From: Candidatus Eiseniibacteriota bacterium
Lineage (GTDB): Bacteria; Eisenbacteria; RBG-16-71-46
Assembly (NCBI GenBank): GCA_963744995.1
Contig: CAVUWA010000011.1
Coordinates: 1-64,000 of the forward strand
Direction: 5' to 3'
DNA length: 64,000 nucleotides
Shown here in pieces: positions 39,109 through 49,363 of the stretch; the first letter of the stretch is position 1; every line of letters begins with the position of its first letter. The notes beneath the pieces were generated by a model that saw nothing but the letters and a program-made list of their open reading frames with translations, ran no database searches and had not been told where the DNA came from. Position numbers and translations under genes: made by a program.

Positions 39109-42100
39109 CTAGAACTCGCTCACCGCCTGGTCGCGGTGGAGCATCAGCACCTTCGCGTCGGGGTCCACCAGCACCTTCGCCGGCTTGAAGTCGCAGACGA
39201 TCTTCACCGTCTGCTTCTCCCGCGCCCCGAGCGTCACCGTGCGGCGCGCCTCGTGGTACTGCTTCACGGTGGCCGCTTCGGCGTCCCCCGCGGCGTGTGC
39301 GTCACCTGCAGCCTCGACGCTCGCGACCCGCGCGTCCGGTGCGTTCGCCGCCGCCGCTGCGGTCTTCGCCGGCGCGCCGGCGTGGGCGTCCTTCTTCGGG
39401 AAGCGCTCGCCGCGCACCGCGGCCACATCGACGGGCATGGTGCCGGTGCCGATGTTCTGGATCTCGAGGGTCACCTCCCAGTGCGGCTCGGGTACTTCGC
39501 CCGCACCCGCCGAGGGCGGCGAGGCCTGCACGCGGTCGGCCTTCAGGATCCTGTACTCGGGCACCACGACCTCGAAGAACCATTGCCGCGCGAAGTCGTC
39601 GAACGCTTCGGGATCCGCCGCGTGCTTCCGCATGACCGCCACGAAGTCCTCGAGCACGGCATGATCGGGATTGACCTCGTAGGTGCGGATGAAGTCCTGC
39701 AACCCGGCGAGCGCGCGCTCGCGGCCCATGAAGTTGTAGAGCATCCAGAATACCCAGCCGCCTTTGTCGTACGTGACGCTGGTGTCGCCCTTCTTGGTGC
39801 CGTCGATCTTCACGAGCGGCCGCTCGGCGTCCTTCTGGCGCCGTTCGCCGTAGCGCGACTCGATGCGTTTCGCGAACTCGATGCGCTGCTGCTCGCCCTT
39901 CACCTGGTCGAACAGCAGCATCGTCGAGAAGTGCGCCATGCCTTCCGACAGGACGTTGCCGCCCGGCCCTTCGCCCGGCAGCAGGATGTTGCCCCACCAC
40001 TGGTGCGCGGATTCGTGCGCGGTGACCATGAACGCCAGATTCGCGCGCGGATCGCTCTTGGTGAGGAAGCCGATGCTCTCCGCAAAGGTGATGTCGGTCG
40101 GGAACCCCTGCGCGTAGGTCGCCAGCGCCGGGAACTCGCTGATCTTCAACCGCGCCCACGGGAACGGCATGAACCACTCCGAGTAGTACTGGCGCGCGGC
40201 GTCGAGCGCCTCGGACATCTCGGCGAGGTTGTACTCGTGGCCGGCGTGGTAGTAGATCGCCGTGCCGTGGCCTTCCTTGACCTTCCACTGCCCGGCCACG
40301 ACGTTGAAGAACTTCACCGGATGGTCGGTGCGCCACTCGGTGGTGCGCACGCCCTTCTCGACCCGATCGCTCACCTTCACGCCGACCGAGTTGTAGGTGT
40401 ACGCGGCGGGTCCGCTGACGCGGATGTCGGAGGTCATGCCGTCGCTCGCGCCGAACGCGGCGTCGGTGCGGCCGACGTAGAAGTCCACCGGCCACTCCTT
40501 CGAGTCGAAGCGGTTCTTGTCGTCGATCCCGACGTCCTCCATGTAGCCGACCACGGGGACGAAACTCGGCGTGAAGCTGGTGAGCACCACGCCCGACGGC
40601 AGGATGAACTCGCCCATGCCGCCGCCGTTCCTGGTGATGCCGTCCGGGTAGCGGCCGTCGAACTGGAAGCCGATCGTCATCGTGTCGCCCGGCATCAGCG
40701 GTCCCGGAGTGTCGAAGACCATGAGGCCCATTCGGTCTTCGGGCATTGCCGCGTGGCCGTTCATCGTCCATTTCATGTGCTTCCAGTGCAGTCCGCGGGT
40801 GAGCGGAACCTGTGCCATCGAAAAATCGTGGTCGTTGACGAGCGTGAAGACGCCGCGGCTCTTCACGCCGTGCTTCGCCGGATCCAGCGTGAGGTCGAGA
40901 TCCAGATTCACGATGGACGGGTACTTCGCGCCGCGCCAGGTGGCGACATTGCGGCGCCAGTAGTCCTTGCGGGCCTTCTCGGCGGCCGGACCCTGCGGCC
41001 CTCCGGCGACCTGCATGTAGAGGATGACGCCGAGCACGACCGGTACGATCGCGTACGGCGCGAGCGCCATTCCCGCGCGCGCCAGCGACGACGGGCGCAG
41101 GCGGTCGCCGAGTTTCGACATGTCGCGCTCCGCGCGCGTGAACACACGCGACGTGAGCGCGATCAGGAACACCGCGACGCCGAGCCACATGAGCCGGTTG
41201 AGCAGGATGGCGACGCGATCGATCTCGAACACGCCCATGTCGGACCACTGCAGGGTGCTCCACATGTCCCAGTTGCCCACCCAGTTCATCTTGCCGACGC
41301 CCTGGCGGTAGCCGGTGAAGATCAGCGCTGCGAGCGCGATCGCGTAGGTCGTGTAACGGTTGCGGGTCAGCGCCTGCACCGCCATGACGAACGTCGTCCA
41401 CACGATGAACGTGGTGAGCACGACCGCGCCCCAGATGAGCAGGAAGGGGCGCGGGTCGAGCGGCACCCGGCCCTGGATCGCCAGCGCCAGCATGCAGCCG
41501 GCGAGCGCCGCGAGCAGAATCGACGCGGCGACCACCGCGTTGGCGAGCGCCTTGCCCAGCAGCGCCGCCCCGGTGCGGATCGGCGTCGCGTGGAAGATCG
41601 CGCTGAGGCCGCTGCGGCGCTCGCGCTCCATGGATTCCACCGTATAGAAGAGCAACAGCAGCGCGACCAGCACGGTGACGACGTTCATCGTCGCCACGGC
41701 GAGCGTGCCCGCCGTGTGGAGCAACGGCGTATCGAAGGGGCCCTCGTTGAAGAACGCCTGCCCGATCACCTGGAGCATGATGAGCGGCACGAACAGGTAA
41801 AGCCCGGGCTGGCTGCGCAGCTCCTTGAGCTCGGCGCGCATGACGGTCCACGCGCCCCTCATGAAGCCGATCGCGCCGCCGGTCATGTGCAGCGCGGCCA
41901 GGCCGCTGCGGCCGTCTTCGCCCGCGGCGGTCGCGGCCGCCGGGACCGCGGCCGTCTCGGCGGCGAGCGCGGCTTCGACCTGGCCCGCGCGCACGGCCCT
42001 GGCCTTCAGTTTCTCGCCGCGCAGCTGGCGCGCGAAGCGCCAGTGCGCGAGCGCCGCGCTGCCGAGACCCAGCACCAGCAGCCACAGCCGGTTCAGGAGG

Positions 42101-42867
42101 AACACGCCGTCGAGCCCCAAGTGAGCGGAGTTGTAGAAGTCGACGCCGCGGTCGACCTTGAGCCACGTCTCGTTGAGCCAGCGGTAGCCGGCCGGGTCCA
42201 GCACCATGAGCAGCTTGTTCACGCGCGGATCCAGCCACGACGGCGACCACTCCCACAGGAAGAAACCGCACACGATCATCACGGCAACCGGCAGCACGAA
42301 CACCAGGATGGGCTTGCGCGACCACGTGCCGACCAGGAACGCGGTGCCGGCGAAGAACACGATGGGCGGCAGCCCGAACCACAGGGCCGGGATGACGTAG
42401 TTCGCGAGCTCGAACGGGCCGCGGATCTCCTTCGCCGCCGCGTTCGGCACGATGTGGTTGAAGAACATCATGAACATGAGATGCACGCCGAGCACGACCG
42501 CGAAGCTCACCAACACGGCGGCGAACTTGCCGTAGACGTACTCGCCCGGCCGGAGCGGCGTCGCGTGCAGCACCGGCCCCACCTTGAGGTCCTCGTCGCT
42601 GATCACGGACATGCCGGCGGCGACGGCGATGAAGAACCCGTAGAACAGCAGCACCACGAAGCTGAGCAGCATGCTCACCGAGAACTCCGAGGTGAGCCAC
42701 GCCCGCGTGCCGCCCACCACGCCCTCGCCCGACTGGATGGTCATGTGCCCGGTGGAGAGCCCCCACGAGGTGAGCGCGAGCACCAGCATGAAGATCCAGA
42801 ACAGCGGCCGCCCGGCGTTGTGCCTGAGGTCGAGCGCCGCGACGCGGAAGAAGCGCCCTGCGTTCAC
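39109..42867 (-). CDS. ABC-2 type permease (duplicated) fused to an M1-family aminopeptidase domain
   Basis: Two multi-TM halves followed by AQGFP, AHESAHQWWG..LSEG..YDKG gluzincin motifs; GTG start overlaps the ATPase stop. Confidence 0.88.
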   Translation of the reverse strand: MNAGRFFRVAALDLRHNAGRPLFWIFMLVLALTSWGLSTGHMTIQSGEGVVGGTRAWLTSEFSVSMLLSFVVLLFYGFFIAVAAGMSVISDEDLKVGPVLHATPLRPGEYVYGKFAAVLVSFAVVLGVHLMFMMFFNHIVPNAAAKEIRGPFELANYVIPALWFGLPPIVFFAGTAFLVGTWSRKPILVFVLPVAVMIVCGFFLWEWSPSWLDPRVNKLLMVLDPAGYRWLNETWLKVDRGVDFYNSAHLGLDGVFLLNRLWLLVLGLGSAALAHWRFARQLRGEKLKARAVRAGQVEAALAAETAAVPAAATAAGEDGRSGLAALHMTGGAIGFMRGAWTVMRAELKELRSQPGLYLFVPLIMLQVIGQAFFNEGPFDTPLLHTAGTLAVATMNVVTVLVALLLLFYTVESMERERRSGLSAIFHATPIRTGAALLGKALANAVVAASILLAALAGCMLALAIQGRVPLDPRPFLLIWGAVVLTTFIVWTTFVMAVQALTRNRYTTYAIALAALIFTGYRQGVGKMNWVGNWDMWSTLQWSDMGVFEIDRVAILLNRLMWLGVAVFLIALTSRVFTRAERDMSKLGDRLRPSSLARAGMALAPYAIVPVVLGVILYMQVAGGPQGPAAEKARKDYWRRNVATWRGAKYPSIVNLDLDLTLDPAKHGVKSRGVFTLVNDHDFSMAQVPLTRGLHWKHMKWTMNGHAAMPEDRMGLMVFDTPGPLMPGDTMTIGFQFDGRYPDGITRNGGGMGEFILPSGVVLTSFTPSFVPVVGYMEDVGIDDKNRFDSKEWPVDFYVGRTDAAFGASDGMTSDIRVSGPAAYTYNSVGVKVSDRVEKGVRTTEWRTDHPVKFFNVVAGQWKVKEGHGTAIYYHAGHEYNLAEMSEALDAARQYYSEWFMPFPWARLKISEFPALATYAQGFPTDITFAESIGFLTKSDPRANLAFMVTAHESAHQWWGNILLPGEGPGGNVLSEGMAHFSTMLLFDQVKGEQQRIEFAKRIESRYGERRQKDAERPLVKIDGTKKGDTSVTYDKGGWVFWMLYNFMGRERALAGLQDFIRTYEVNPDHAVLEDFVAVMRKHAADPEAFDDFARQWFFEVVVPEYRILKADRVQASPPSAGAGEVPEPHWEVTLEIQNIGTGTMPVDVAAVRGERFPKKDAHAGAPAKTAAAAANAPDARVASVEAAGDAHAAGDAEAATVKQYHEARRTVTLGAREKQTVKIVCDFKPAKVLVDPDAKVLMLHRDQAVSEF

Positions 42868-43841
42868 GCGGCGCCTCCCGCGGGTGCGCCGGGACCCGCC
42901 ATGATCGCCTCGCGGGCGGTGAGCCCGGGCATGCCGGGCGCATGCGGCGCGCCGTTCCCGTTGCCGTTCGCACCTTCCGCACGCATCAGCAGCAGGTAGG
43001 CATCCTCGAGCGTCGCGCGCGTAGGCTCGAAGTCCGCGGGCGGCGCGCCTTCGGGAACGAACACCCGCGCGCGATGGCTGCCCTCGACCAGCACCGCCTG
43101 GATCACCGTGTGCGCGCCGCGCAGCGCGGCGAGCCCCGCCGCGTCCACCGCGCCTTCGTACACCCGGCCGTCGATCGCGCCGCGCGCTTCGCCCGGCGTC
43201 GTGAGCGCGACCAGCCGCCCGCCGCGGATCACCGCAAAGCGCGGGCACAGTACCGCGACGTCTTCGACGATGTGCGTGGAGAGCACGACGATCCGGTCCT
43301 CGGCGAGCTCGGCGAGCAGGTGGTAGAAGCGCAGCCGCTCTTCCGGATCGAGGCCCGCGGTGGGCTCGTCGACGATGATCAGCTCCGGGTCGCCGGCCAG
43401 CGCCTGCGCGATGCCGAGCCGCTGGCGCATGCCGCCCGAGTAGCCTTTCACCTTGCGTTTCGCCGCGAATGCCAGGTTCACGCGCTCGAGCAGATCGTCG
43501 ACCAGCTTCTTCGTGCCCCCGGGCGCGGTCACGCCCTTGAGCTCCAGCAGGTAGGTGAGCATCTGCGCGCCGGTCAGATGCGGGTAGAAGCCGAATTCCT
43601 GCGGCAGGTAGCCGAGCCGCGGCCAGAGCTGCTCGGGATGGTTCAGGATGTCGCGGCCGTTGAGCGTCGCCTCGCCCGAGGTGGGCTCGAGCAGTCCCGC
43701 AAGAATGTTCATCAGCGTGGACTTGCCCGCCCCGTTCGGGCCCAGCAGGCCGAACATGCCCTTCGGCACGTCGAGGTCCACGCCGCGCAGCGCGGCGACC
43801 GGGCCGGGGTAGATCTTCACGAGTCCGCGAACGGTGAGCAT
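42864..43841 (-). CDS. ABC transporter ATP-binding protein
   Basis: GPNGAGKST Walker A, YSGGMRQR signature, IIVDEPT Walker B, LSTH. Confidence 0.95.
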   Translation of the reverse strand: MLTVRGLVKIYPGPVAALRGVDLDVPKGMFGLLGPNGAGKSTLMNILAGLLEPTSGEATLNGRDILNHPEQLWPRLGYLPQEFGFYPHLTGAQMLTYLLELKGVTAPGGTKKLVDDLLERVNLAFAAKRKVKGYSGGMRQRLGIAQALAGDPELIIVDEPTAGLDPEERLRFYHLLAELAEDRIVVLSTHIVEDVAVLCPRFAVIRGGRLVALTTPGEARGAIDGRVYEGAVDAAGLAALRGAHTVIQAVLVEGSHRARVFVPEGAPPADFEPTRATLEDAYLLLMRAEGANGNGNGAPHAPGMPGLTAREAIMAGPGAPAGGAA

Positions 43842-44065
43842 GGGCAGCCTCCAGGGAAGGGCGGGGTCTTCTGTCGCTTGGTGCCCATCTTACGCGTGTC
43901 CGCGGTGGCTTGTTTCGACACGGCGGGCCTTTGGGACTCCAAATGGACGCTTTCGTCGGAAAGAACGGTCGCCCTGGCCGGATGCGGCCTTCGCGACGTG
44001 GCGGCCCGCGGGTATCCGCCGTCGCCACAGCCGCCTATGCCGGGGGCCCGGACGGCGACGCGAAA

Positions 44066-44096
44066 GGTGCGCGGGGTCCGCATGACCCCGCGCACC
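44066..44096 (-). terminator. Hairpin terminator downstream of the 44127-47144 gene
   Basis: 13-bp stem GGTGCGCGGGGTC / GACCCCGCGCACC, followed on the minus strand by TTTC. Confidence 0.6.
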
Positions 44097-44126
44097 GGGT
44101 TCCGGATGAAGCCTTCGCGCCGCGAA

Positions 44127-47100
44127 TCAGCGCACCATCACCGCCTTGCGGCTCACCGAGGTCGTGCCCTGCGTGAGACGCACCACGTAGATGCCGGGCG
44201 CGAGCCGCGTGTGGCGATCGAGCGTGACGCTTGCCCGTCCCGGACCCAGCTCCCCGACGTCTCGCGACAGGAGGCGCCGCCCCTGAAGATCCAGCACCTC
44301 GAGCGTCGCGGGCGCACGCGTGGGCAGTACGAACTCGATCGTGGCCACGTCGCGCGCCGGGTTCGGTACGAAGCCGGACAGCGCGAGCGCGAGCCGCGCC
44401 GGCACGACGATGCTCGTCTCCGCCGCGCTCCTCCAGACGCCGTCGTCGAGGAAGGTCAGCCGGTAGTCGTAACGAACGCCGGGCGCGACGTCGGTGTCTG
44501 AATAGCGGATCATGCCGGACGCATCCGCGTGCGTCTGCGCGACCGGCGTCCAGGCGCCGCCCTCGCTGCGACGCTCCACCGCGACCGCCAGCGCCGATGA
44601 AGACGTGTACCAGGTCAGCTCGACCCGGTCGGCGTTGGCGTCGGCGCTCAGCAGCGAGAGCTGCACGGCCGTCGGTTGGTCGCACGGGTTCTCGATCGAG
44701 ACCCCGGTGTTGATGTCGCGCAGGCAGTCGATGATCTGTTGGTAGGCAAGCTGCACCGCGGGATCCGTGAGCGACTGGTCTTCGAGCAGCAGCAGCTGCG
44801 TGTCGGCGCCGGGGCCCGAATACGGCGCGAAGGCGAACAACATGCGATCCCCATCGTCGATCACGTCCGAGGTCGAGCGCTTCGCGGCCCACAGGGCGTA
44901 CAGGATCGGCATCGGCACGACGTCGAGCGCGTCGTCCACCTCGAACGGTGTCTTCGGCGTGTCGCTGTAAGGCGTATTCAGCAGATACAGATACTCGCGA
45001 CCGCCGTCGAAGGACGCGTCCGGCGCCCAGGTCGAGTCGAACGTCGCGGTCTGCGCCCCGGGCGGCTGGATCGTCCCGAAGGCATCCGTCACCGTGCGCT
45101 CGACGAACGCGACGTCGAGCTGCACGTCGTGGACGGTGTCCCATACCTGGAACGGCACCTCGTGGAAGCCGCCGTAGCGATACTCGCGGCCGCCCGCGGG
45201 CGAAGAGCCGTCCGCCATCTGCAATCTGAGATAGCGGTAGGCCCTCTGGGTCGCGGTATGGCTGAAGCGCACCTCGACCGTGGCGAACGAGTCGCGCTGC
45301 GTCGCCGGATTGAGCGAGCCGCCCCAGAAGTTCCAGCCGAAGTCGGCGCCCCCGAAGAACGACGCGCCCCCCCAGTTGAGGCCGGTGAGCGCGCGGCGGT
45401 GCGTCGGGTCGTCGTTCTCGTAGGTCACGTCGAGGGCCGGGTGCGGGCTCCCGGTCTGGACCAGCTGACCGAGCGTGGTCGCGGTGACGCCGGGGCAGAG
45501 CACCGGCATGCCCTCGAGCAGCCGGATCGGTGATCCGCTCGGTGGCACGATGCCGAGCTGCCCGGCCGCCCAGTTGGCGAGCAGCGCGGCGAATTCCGTC
45601 TTCGCCTGTGTGCGCAGACCGACCGGTCCGGGCGGGCTGAGGGTCGCGCAGAACGAAGCCGCCTCCGTGCCGCCCGCCCAGTCGAAGAGCAGCGACTGGG
45701 TGCCGGCCAGCGTCGCGATGCTCGTGAGCTGCGCGGGCGTCAGCTCGCCCGTGGATGGCGGGCACTGGCTCGCCCAGTAGGCGACCGGGCGCGGGCAGTT
45801 CGTCGCAGGCGGCGGTGGCGGCGACCCTGTCGTGCCGCTCCTGAGCAGATTCACGTTCGCCTTCAGCGCGGAGATCGACGCGAGCCGGTTCGTTCCCTGG
45901 CCGAGCACGATGGCGAACTCGACATTCTGCGTATCACCGGGCGCCATGCTGAACGGACCGCTCGAGAGCATCATCCGCCGATCGGCCGGGTTCGCGTCGA
46001 GCCAGCCGGTTCCCTGCGTCGGATCTCCGTCGAACACGAACGTTTTCACCGTGTTCGTCGTCGGATCGATCTGCGGAGTCCCGTCGATGTTCAGTCCCTG
46101 CATGTAGGCGTACGTCTCGCCCCGCGCCGCCGGATCCGTGCCGTCGATGTACCGGACGGCCGATGTGGCCGGAATCGTATCGCCGAGCGCATTCTTCGGC
46201 CCTTCGAGCAGCACGGCACCGACCGCCGGCGGGGACGATCCATAGACGAGGTCGGCATTGTTCGCGTTGTAGGCGTAGACCATGCCGAGCCCGGGATCGC
46301 TGCCGACGAGATCGTCCGTCGCCCCGCCCACGTCGGGATCCACCCACATGGACACGTACATGTCGGAGAGCTGCTGCGCGCCCTTGTTGATGATCCGGTA
46401 TCGCGCGAAGGCGGTCTGCCCCGGCGCGCCCGACTGGTTCACCCCGGTCACCGCGTGCTGGACCTCGACGCCCAGGGGCGTCGAACCGCCTGCGTCGTTC
46501 GTGTGATTCGCGGGATCGGCGTCGTTGAACACCGCCCACAGCATCTGGTCGCCGGCGACGTCGGGTCCCGGGACCTGGATCGTGGCGTTGGCATCGTTGG
46601 GATCGGGCAGATCCCACATGCGCACGGGGGCGCCGTAGGGCGCGGCGCCGGCCATGTACTCGGACCAACCGTGGTGTTCGAGCGGATCCTCGAGCGGTCC
46701 CGGCGAAGTACGGTCGACGTGTGCCGTATCCGCCGGGTTTCCCGTCCACGGCTTCACCTTGTACACGTGGTACTGCGGCAGCGCGGGATCGCTGAACGTG
46801 CCGCCGACCATCGCGCCGGGCCCGAATTCCTGCGAGTACTCGGCCACGACGGTACGTGTTTCGCCGTTCACGCGCGCCCCGAGCCAGAGGCCCGCCGCGA
46901 AGACTGCGGTGTGGCCCGAGCCCTTCGGGAATTCCAGGCCGGAATTCCCCGTGTAGAGGTCCCACGCGAAGGAGCCGTAGTTCGTCATCCACATGTTCAG
47001 TTCATTCACGTCGAAGCGGCGCAGCAGATCGTATGAATTCGGGCTCTGCACGGAAGCGGCGGACGGGCGGCGGACGGCACCGGCCGGGGCGGCGAGCACC

Positions 47101-47144
47101 GCGAGAAGCGCGAGCGCGACGAGAGACCGGAAGGCGGGGCGCAT
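44127..47144 (-). CDS. Large secreted uncharacterised protein with FN3-like stalk and T9SS/FlgD-like CTD
   Basis: GGAGG RBS; signal peptide MRPAFRSLVALALLAVLA; N-domain N.G.F..GLEFPKGSG..VFAAGLWLG, D.D.G..DDLVG, DRRM..SGPF; PNP..LDLQGRRL..GIYVVRL CTD. Confidence 0.8.
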   Translation of the reverse strand: MRPAFRSLVALALLAVLAAPAGAVRRPSAASVQSPNSYDLLRRFDVNELNMWMTNYGSFAWDLYTGNSGLEFPKGSGHTAVFAAGLWLGARVNGETRTVVAEYSQEFGPGAMVGGTFSDPALPQYHVYKVKPWTGNPADTAHVDRTSPGPLEDPLEHHGWSEYMAGAAPYGAPVRMWDLPDPNDANATIQVPGPDVAGDQMLWAVFNDADPANHTNDAGGSTPLGVEVQHAVTGVNQSGAPGQTAFARYRIINKGAQQLSDMYVSMWVDPDVGGATDDLVGSDPGLGMVYAYNANNADLVYGSSPPAVGAVLLEGPKNALGDTIPATSAVRYIDGTDPAARGETYAYMQGLNIDGTPQIDPTTNTVKTFVFDGDPTQGTGWLDANPADRRMMLSSGPFSMAPGDTQNVEFAIVLGQGTNRLASISALKANVNLLRSGTTGSPPPPPATNCPRPVAYWASQCPPSTGELTPAQLTSIATLAGTQSLLFDWAGGTEAASFCATLSPPGPVGLRTQAKTEFAALLANWAAGQLGIVPPSGSPIRLLEGMPVLCPGVTATTLGQLVQTGSPHPALDVTYENDDPTHRRALTGLNWGGASFFGGADFGWNFWGGSLNPATQRDSFATVEVRFSHTATQRAYRYLRLQMADGSSPAGGREYRYGGFHEVPFQVWDTVHDVQLDVAFVERTVTDAFGTIQPPGAQTATFDSTWAPDASFDGGREYLYLLNTPYSDTPKTPFEVDDALDVVPMPILYALWAAKRSTSDVIDDGDRMLFAFAPYSGPGADTQLLLLEDQSLTDPAVQLAYQQIIDCLRDINTGVSIENPCDQPTAVQLSLLSADANADRVELTWYTSSSALAVAVERRSEGGAWTPVAQTHADASGMIRYSDTDVAPGVRYDYRLTFLDDGVWRSAAETSIVVPARLALALSGFVPNPARDVATIEFVLPTRAPATLEVLDLQGRRLLSRDVGELGPGRASVTLDRHTRLAPGIYVVRLTQGTTSVSRKAVMVR

Positions 47145-47359
47145 TCGACCTCCAACTGGGTCCAGCGCAGCGGGGAGCAGACGAGGAAGCACCGCAGAGA
47201 ATACCGCTCTCGCCCGCGCCGATGGATGGAATTTTCACGCATGCCGTTCGTCGGCCCGGTCATCCGGCGCAACGCCGCGTCGCCCCTGTGTTACCCTCCC
47301 GCCCCGATAATCGCTTTCACCCGAAGGCACTGGCCGTTCACGCCGAACCCGGACTCCCC

Positions 47360-49288
47360 ATGAGCGCTTCCATCAAGATCGCCAACGCAGGCGGCTACTG
47401 GGGCGATGATCTGCGCCAGTTCAAGCGCCAGATCGAACTCGCCCCCATCGACTTCGTGACCCTCGACTTCCTCGCCGAGATCACGATGTCGATCATGCAG
47501 AAGCAGCGTGCACGCGACCCGCGCGCGGGCTATGCGCGCGACTTCGTGCAGATGGTCGAGGAGGCGCTGCCTGCGATGATCGAGAACGGCACGCGCGCGA
47601 TCTCGAATGCCGGCGGGGTGAATCCGCTCGCCTGCCGCGCGGCGCTGATCGAGATGGCGCAGCAGCACGGCCAGGACATCGAAGTCGCCGCCGTCACGGG
47701 CGACGACCTCATGGGCCGCCTCGGCGAACTGAATGCGTCGGGCGTGACGCTCGACAACATGGACGACGGCGCGAAGTTCGCCGCCATCCGCGAGCGGGTC
47801 TCGTCGGCGAACGCCTACTACGGCGCGTGGCCGGTGGTCGAAGCCCTCGAGGCCGGCGCACGCATCGTCGTCACCGGCCGCTGCACCGACACCGGCATCA
47901 CGCTGGCGCCGATGATCCACGCCTTCAACTGGGCGCCCGACGACTGGGACCGCCTCGCCGCGGGCATCGTCGCCGGGCACATCGTGGAGTGCGGGGCGCA
48001 GTCGACGGGCGGCAACTTCAGCGACTGGCGCACCGTGCCGCGCTTCCACGAGATCGGTTATCCGGTGCTCGAGGTGTTCGAAGACGGCTCGTTCATCGTC
48101 ACCAAGCAGCCCGGCACCGGCGGACGGGTCTCGCTGCGTACGGTGAAGGAGCAGCTCGTCTACGAAATGGGCGACCCGCGCAGCTACATCACGCCCGACG
48201 TCGTCGCCGACTTCGCGAGCGCGAAGCTCGAGCAGGCCGGGAAGGACCGGGTGCGCGTGTGGGACATCAAAGGGCGCCCCGCGCCGACGTCGCTCAAGGT
48301 GTCGGCGTCGTACTTCGACGGCTGGAAGGCCGCCGGCACGCTGATCATCTCGGCGCCGGACGCGGTGGACAAGGCGAATGCCTTCGCGCAGCTGTTCTGG
48401 AAGCGGCTCGGCCTCGAGTTCACCGAGACGCGCACGGAGCGGATCGGCCACTCGGCGTGCTGGGGACCGCTCGCGCCGCCGGTCGAGCCACCCGAGATCC
48501 TGCTGCGCCTCGCCGTGCGCGACGCCGACAAAGGCAAGATCGCCGAGTTCGCGAAGATGCTGCCGGCGGTGATCCTGTCCGGGCCGCCCGGCGTCGCAGT
48601 GACCGGCGGCCGTCCGCCCGCGCAGGAGGTCGTCGCCTACTGGCCCGCGCTCGTGCCGCGCGATCGCGTGAAGCCGACGCTGGTGACGCGCGAGGGGGAG
48701 CGCGTGCTCGACTGGCCGACGCCGCCCCGCGAAATGGAGCCGCCGCCGCCGTTGCCGCGCATGAGCTGGCCCGTGCCGGTCTCCGGCGCTTCGAAGCGCA
48801 TGGTGACGGTGCCGCTTTCGAAACTCACGCACGCGCGCAGCGGCGACAAGGGCGACACCTGCAACATCGGCGTGATCGCGCGCGCGCCGGAGATCTATCC
48901 GTGGATGAAGAAGGCGCTGACGGCGACGATCGTGAAGCGCTGGTTCCGCGGCATCTGCAAAGGGAAGGTCGAGCGCCACGAGGTGCCGAACCTCGGCGCG
49001 TTGAACTTCCTGCTGCACGAGTGCCTGGGCGGCGGCGGAACCGTGTCGCTGCGCATCGACGCGCAGGGCAAGACGCTGTCGCACGCGCTGCTCACGATGA
49101 AGGTCACCGTGCCACAGGCGCTGGTGAAAGCGGCCGAACGCGGCGATGCGGAAGACGGTTCGATGCCGAAGGCCGAGGCGGCACGGCCGGCCCGGCCCGC
49201 GCGGAAGGCGGCGGGCGCGACGTCTCCCCGCGGGCGCTCGAATTCGGCGCGCGGCGGGCGCGGCGGGAAGAAGCGCCGGCGGCGCTGA
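47360..49288 (+). CDS. atuA: Acyclic terpene utilisation AtuA-family protein (DUF1446 plus C-terminal domain) with basic tail
   Basis: IANAGGYWGD, DFLAEITM, NAGGVNP, VTGRCTD, GHIVECGAQSTGGNF, EQLVYE, ARSGDKGD, DAQGK motifs. Confidence 0.85.
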   Translation: MSASIKIANAGGYWGDDLRQFKRQIELAPIDFVTLDFLAEITMSIMQKQRARDPRAGYARDFVQMVEEALPAMIENGTRAISNAGGVNPLACRAALIEMAQQHGQDIEVAAVTGDDLMGRLGELNASGVTLDNMDDGAKFAAIRERVSSANAYYGAWPVVEALEAGARIVVTGRCTDTGITLAPMIHAFNWAPDDWDRLAAGIVAGHIVECGAQSTGGNFSDWRTVPRFHEIGYPVLEVFEDGSFIVTKQPGTGGRVSLRTVKEQLVYEMGDPRSYITPDVVADFASAKLEQAGKDRVRVWDIKGRPAPTSLKVSASYFDGWKAAGTLIISAPDAVDKANAFAQLFWKRLGLEFTETRTERIGHSACWGPLAPPVEPPEILLRLAVRDADKGKIAEFAKMLPAVILSGPPGVAVTGGRPPAQEVVAYWPALVPRDRVKPTLVTREGERVLDWPTPPREMEPPPPLPRMSWPVPVSGASKRMVTVPLSKLTHARSGDKGDTCNIGVIARAPEIYPWMKKALTATIVKRWFRGICKGKVERHEVPNLGALNFLLHECLGGGGTVSLRIDAQGKTLSHALLTMKVTVPQALVKAAERGDAEDGSMPKAEAARPARPARKAAGATSPRGRSNSARGGRGGKKRRRR

Positions 49289-49363
49289 TCGCAGCACCCC
49301 GCACGATGGATTCCTGATACCGCACCGAGCCGCTCAACGCCGTGCGCCGCGGCCGCACGGACT

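Noticed and set aside
42868..44028. N-terminal extension of the 1639-aa permease-peptidase ORF
   Set aside because: Shadow frame overlapping the ABC ATPase gene; a GTGA overlap at 42864-42867 marks the true start.
43842..44126. Riboswitch or ncRNA in the leader of the ABC operon
   Set aside because: Only GC hairpins are visible, one explained as the upstream gene's terminator; no aptamer consensus recognised. An Infernal/Rfam search would be needed to exclude one.
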